64,000 bases of DNA from Eledone cirrhosa (taxonomy: Eukaryota), in the NCBI GenBank assembly GCA_964016885.1, contig OZ024740.1, positions 148,056,001-148,120,000 on the forward strand. The letters run 5' to 3'. This document shows positions 59,535 to 64,000 of the stretch, one piece after another. A program made the translations under genes and the position numbers. A model generated the notes under the pieces. That model did not search any database and had not been told where the DNA came from. It saw nothing but the letters and a program-made list of their open reading frames with translations. How positions within the stretch are numbered: position 1 is the stretch's first letter; every line of letters starts with the position of its first letter.

Positions 59535-59984
59535 AATTGTCATAAAATATAAACACACATACGCACGGAGTGACAGATATATGTGTGTGTATGTGTGCAT
59601 GTATATAATTATCACTACTATTAAAGACCAGAGACCAATTCTGTAGAATCAGGTTTATTCGTTGACAGACCATGCCTTTGTGTGACCAACACATCCATGT
59701 TAAACCCTGCACGTGCACACACATATATCTATATTTATATGCGCACACAGAATTCACCACTGTCGGTTGCGGGGCCCAATCTCCATGAAGAACTCAATGT
59801 GATCAGAATGACTTGTATTTTAATTTCACTGTCCTAACTTCTTATATTATGGAAAAAATATATGTGTATGTATGTATATATATATGTATTTGGAGGCCAT
59901 TTCTCTATGTGTGTGGGTGTATGTATGTGTATGTGTGTGTGTGTGTGTGTATGTGTGTGCATGTGGGTGTATGTATGTGGATGT

Positions 59985-60025
<41 letters not shown>

Positions 60026-60050
60026 GTGTATCTGGATGTATGCGTATGTG

Positions 60051-60083
<33 letters not shown>

Positions 60084-60229
60084 ATATATATGTGTGTGTA
60101 TGTGTATATATGTGTGTGTGTGTGTGTTTGTATGTGTGTATGTATGTATATATGTGTGTGTGTATGTATGTGTGTGTGTGTGTATATATATATGTGTATA
60201 TATATGTGTGTGTATATATGTGTATGTAC

Positions 60230-60263
<34 letters not shown>

Positions 60264-60394
60264 ATGTATGTGTGTATCTGGATGTATGTGTATGTATATA
60301 TATGTGTGTGTGTGTATGTATATATGTGGGTGTGTGTGTGTGTATGTGTGTATGTATATGTATGTGTGTGTGTATGTATGTGTGTATATGTATA

Positions 60395-60461
<67 letters not shown>

Positions 60462-61009
60462 GTATATATGTATATGTATGTGCGTGTGGATGAGGGTATG
60501 TGTGTATATATAGGTGTAAGTGCACTAAATCCCTTTCTATCACTCTCCCCTCTCCTACCGACCACAGGGAGATATATGTATGTATATTGCTTCCACCCCC
60601 TCACTGACCAGCAGCTGGCCCATCTGGCCATTGCTAAATCTGACCTTTATAAAATAACCCACTCCCCCAAATAACTCCTCATTCACTACCAGAAAGGCAC
60701 ACAGCAGTCAACTTGCTGCTACCAAGATGAAAACTACTATGAAATCCCACACTGAATTTTATACTTGAATTTTCAAATCTCAAATTTTAACTCTTCTTAT
60801 TATTAATTTTCTTAATATTAATCAACATTTGAAAAGATGGCTTTTGCAGACCCATCGAAACCAGTCATTTTTTATACCCTTTATTATTCCCTTACCTTAT
60901 AAAATTATATGTTTTTTCACAAAAAAGTATTCTGTCTCTTATATATTCCATGTGCCATTACCAACCTCAATTTTCTCTATAACCTTCGTTTTGTGTAGAA
61001 ACTTACACT

Positions 61010-61075
<66 letters not shown>

Positions 61076-61226
61076 CAGCTATATATATATATATACGAGA
61101 ATAGACCTAGAAAAAATAATAAATCCCGACGCATTATATGGTATAACCCACCATATAATATGGAGGTGGCCACACCATTAGCTAAGATCTTTTATCTCCC
61201 TTATTATGAAGCATTTCCCCCAACAC

Positions 61227-61264
<38 letters not shown>

Positions 61265-61272
<8 letters not shown>

Positions 61273-61975
61273 AATTAATATCTAGTAACATATATATACA
61301 TACAGATGCATATCAATGCTAGCAAATATATAGGTTTTGTCTTAGTAACTTTGTGGTTCAATGCATGGGGTTGCAGAACAATAATATGAGAAATTAATTA
61401 GTTGGAAGTGATATTTTAGTAAGTAAGTTAATTTTATAATTTTCTTATTTTACGTCTCTCATATTATTGTTCTGCAACCCCATGCATTGAACCACAAAGT
61501 TACTAAGACAAAACCTATATATTTGCTAGCATTGATATGCATCTGTATGTATATATATGTTACTAGATATTAATTCTTTATAATTATCTCCAAATTATTT
61601 GTCGAGCAATATTGGCCATGACTGCTGCTATGGTAGCAGGCAGGCCGCTGTCTTATTAGCAAACCACTTTCCACTGATTGACCTCGATGTCACGTGATAG
61701 ATTCTTTTTGAATTTGCCACCGACGCAGAGGCAGTGATTTTCTCAATGGCTAGGAATTCAGTCCACGCTTTGCTATTTTCTATCCACTGAATTATTTTTT
61801 AATAAGTTTCCAGAGTCCACGCTTTGCCTGGATACTTAGATGAAAATAGTTTTCCCTGACGACGGAATGATTCTCGATGTTTTCTTCGGAAAATATATTT
61901 ATTCCATTCCAGAAACTAATTAGTTGGAAGTGATATTTTAGTAAGTAAGTTAATTCTATAATTTTCTTATTTTCG

Positions 61976-61985
<10 letters not shown>
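61265..61985 (+). mobile_element. Non-coding HHR-bearing mini-element (retrozyme-like), 522-bp unit with 5' inversion
   Basis: 61389-61464 is repeated at 61911-61985, and 61265-61391 is a perfect inverted copy of about 61458-61582. (TA)n on both sides and no ORF. Confidence 0.8.
61851..61930 (+). ncRNA. Type I hammerhead ribozyme with extended stem II capped by cUUCGg
   Basis: TTTCC CTGACGA cGGAATG..ATGTTTTC-TTCG-GAAAATAT..CATTCCa GAA ACTAATTAGT T GGAAG: GUU triplet, predicted cleavage after 61925. Confidence 0.8.
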
Positions 61986-62071
<86 letters not shown>

Positions 62072-62410
62072 ATATATGTAGAAATAAACAGAGTGAATTG
62101 TGTGTCTAAAATTACGAGGGTTGAAATACCACATTGGTTTGATAGATTTAATCTGAAGCAAACGTAAGATATATAATATACTATACAGACCGTGTCAATA
62201 ACTATTTCATCTCTCGGACAGGGTATCAATATGAGTTAGTAACTGTGTATTTTATTTGTATATATATATATACACACATAAACATACACACACACACATA
62301 TATATATTTATATAATTGGTGTGGAATGCTTAAAGCGTCCTTATGCGGTAGACGATTGTAATATGTCTAATACATTTTATTCGTCGCATCACTGATTCTC
62401 CGTTTCTTAT

Positions 62411-62512
<102 letters not shown>

Positions 62513-62945
62513 GACGTTGTGGTTGCGCGTAGTCCCTGGCAGTGTCATGAAAGTGAGGATTAAGGGGGAATCTAGATGTGAGATGAGAGGATTGAGCTAG
62601 AGGGAGCTGGAAGAACAAATAAGCGAGATATAACTTGTTAAAACAGTAAACATTTTGTGTGTTTATTGTTCCTTTATGTAACGATAGACGTGTAGATAGG
62701 GGTGAGTGCGTGTATTAGGGTTAAGATAAAATAAATATTAAGAATTAAAAGACTTAAAAGGTTTAAAAGATGGAATTATAAGTAGGATTAGTATATTTAC
62801 CGTGAGCAGGTACGCAGTTACTGTCTACGAGTCTTGTTACTAAATTAATATGGGTTAGTTGATGGTTAGTGGTTAGCACATTCGGGTCTATAACCCTTCG
62901 TCAAACGCAGTTTTTCATGTTTCGTAAATCCTTTACCCATCGGAG

Positions 62946-63745
62946 TACGAGGGTCAGCTTAAAGGTTCATAGGCTAACCAAGATATTCTCGTGGAATATG
63001 ACCAAATAAGGTTTATTTTTCAACATAGTCCCTTTTGCGGTCCACACATTTCTTCCATCGGTGTTGCAGTGCTTGGATCCCACTGGTGAAGATGCTTTCA
63101 TCCTGTTGATAAAAAAAAGTCCTCAACAGCAGATATGACGTCATGATCATTGCGATATTAGTTCCCTGCCAAGTATTCTTTCATGTTAGGAAACTGATGA
63201 TAGTTAGATGGGGCCAAATCAGGATAATAAGAAAAGTGATCAACCAGTTCAAAGCCACAGTCATGCACAACAGTTATTGAAACCAAGGATGTTTGTGCTG
63301 AAGCATAGTCTTGATAAAACAAGAGCCCTTTCGTCAGTTTTCCTGAGCGTTTGGTATTGATATCCTTTCGTAACTGCCCCAGCAAGTTGGCATAGTTCTC
63401 TCCATTGATGGTGTGATCCTTTTGAAGATAGACAATAAACACAATGCTTTTTGCACCCAGAAAAACCGAGGCCATCACCTTCCTTGCAGATGAAACGAAC
63501 TTGGTCATCTTTCGAGCAGGTGAGGACGGATGTATCCACTGTATAGATTGTCTCTTTGTCTCTGGTTCAAAGTGATGAACCCAACAGTCATCCTGGGTTA
63601 GGAAACGTTCAAAGAAACCAACTAGATCTGGCTCAAACAATGTGAGATTTTCCCGTGATGTGATTAGCCTCTCGCGCTTCTGATCAGGTGTCAAAAGACG
63701 TGGTTCCCACCAAACAGAAACCTTCGTCATGCCAAGTTCCGACGC
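62946..63745 (-). mobile_element. Mariner (DD34D) transposase remnant with one terminal inverted repeat
   Basis: WEPRLLT (WVPHEL-like), TQDDCWVHHFEPETK, KVMASVF, YYPDLAPSNY (YSPDLAPxD decayed). The end sequence TACGAGGG is at 62946. Confidence 0.88.
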
Positions 63746-64000
63746 TCAGGCACCTTTTTCGTGACTCTGAGAGGTATTGTCTCAATGTCCGTTTACGCCA
63801 TGTTAATCACATTGGGAGTCCTGACCATTTTATGTGTTTATGTATTTATCTAATCAATTTAAAGTCCATATAGAGCTAGTAAGCCATGGCAGACTCGGGG
63901 AAGTATATAGTACTTCTTACAGTTTAGGAACAAACAAACAAACAAAAAAATCAAACAAGATAGAAAGATAGACAGAAATAAGTAAATACAAAAATGAAAA

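Overview
AT-rich, microsatellite-dense eukaryotic (animal) DNA with no host gene that I can support. The SINE families and (TA)n/(CA)n density suggest a cephalopod such as Octopus, which is an inference. The left half holds decayed LINEs (RTE, R4/Dong-like), tRNA-derived SINEs and non-autonomous Helitrons. From about 27 kb to 62 kb there are five Penelope-like retroelements (PLEs: RT plus C-terminal GIY-YIG) from at least three lineages, all inserted in (TA)n tracts, several with inverted pseudo-LTRs and one nested inside another. The same stretch holds small non-coding PLE-style elements, a complete non-autonomous LTR element with a tRNA-Trp PBS and a mariner remnant. I folded about ten hammerhead ribozyme (HHR) motifs by eye. 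The most striking signal is an RNA motif shared by three diverged mini-elements (27.5/28.0, 34.0 and 51.7 kb). It carries all HHR core boxes (NUH, GAAA, CUGANGA) with compensatory changes in the helices, but in an order that is none of the known circular permutations (types I/II/III). It is a candidate scrambled, pseudoknotted or dimeric hammerhead. All folds and family calls are manual and unverified.
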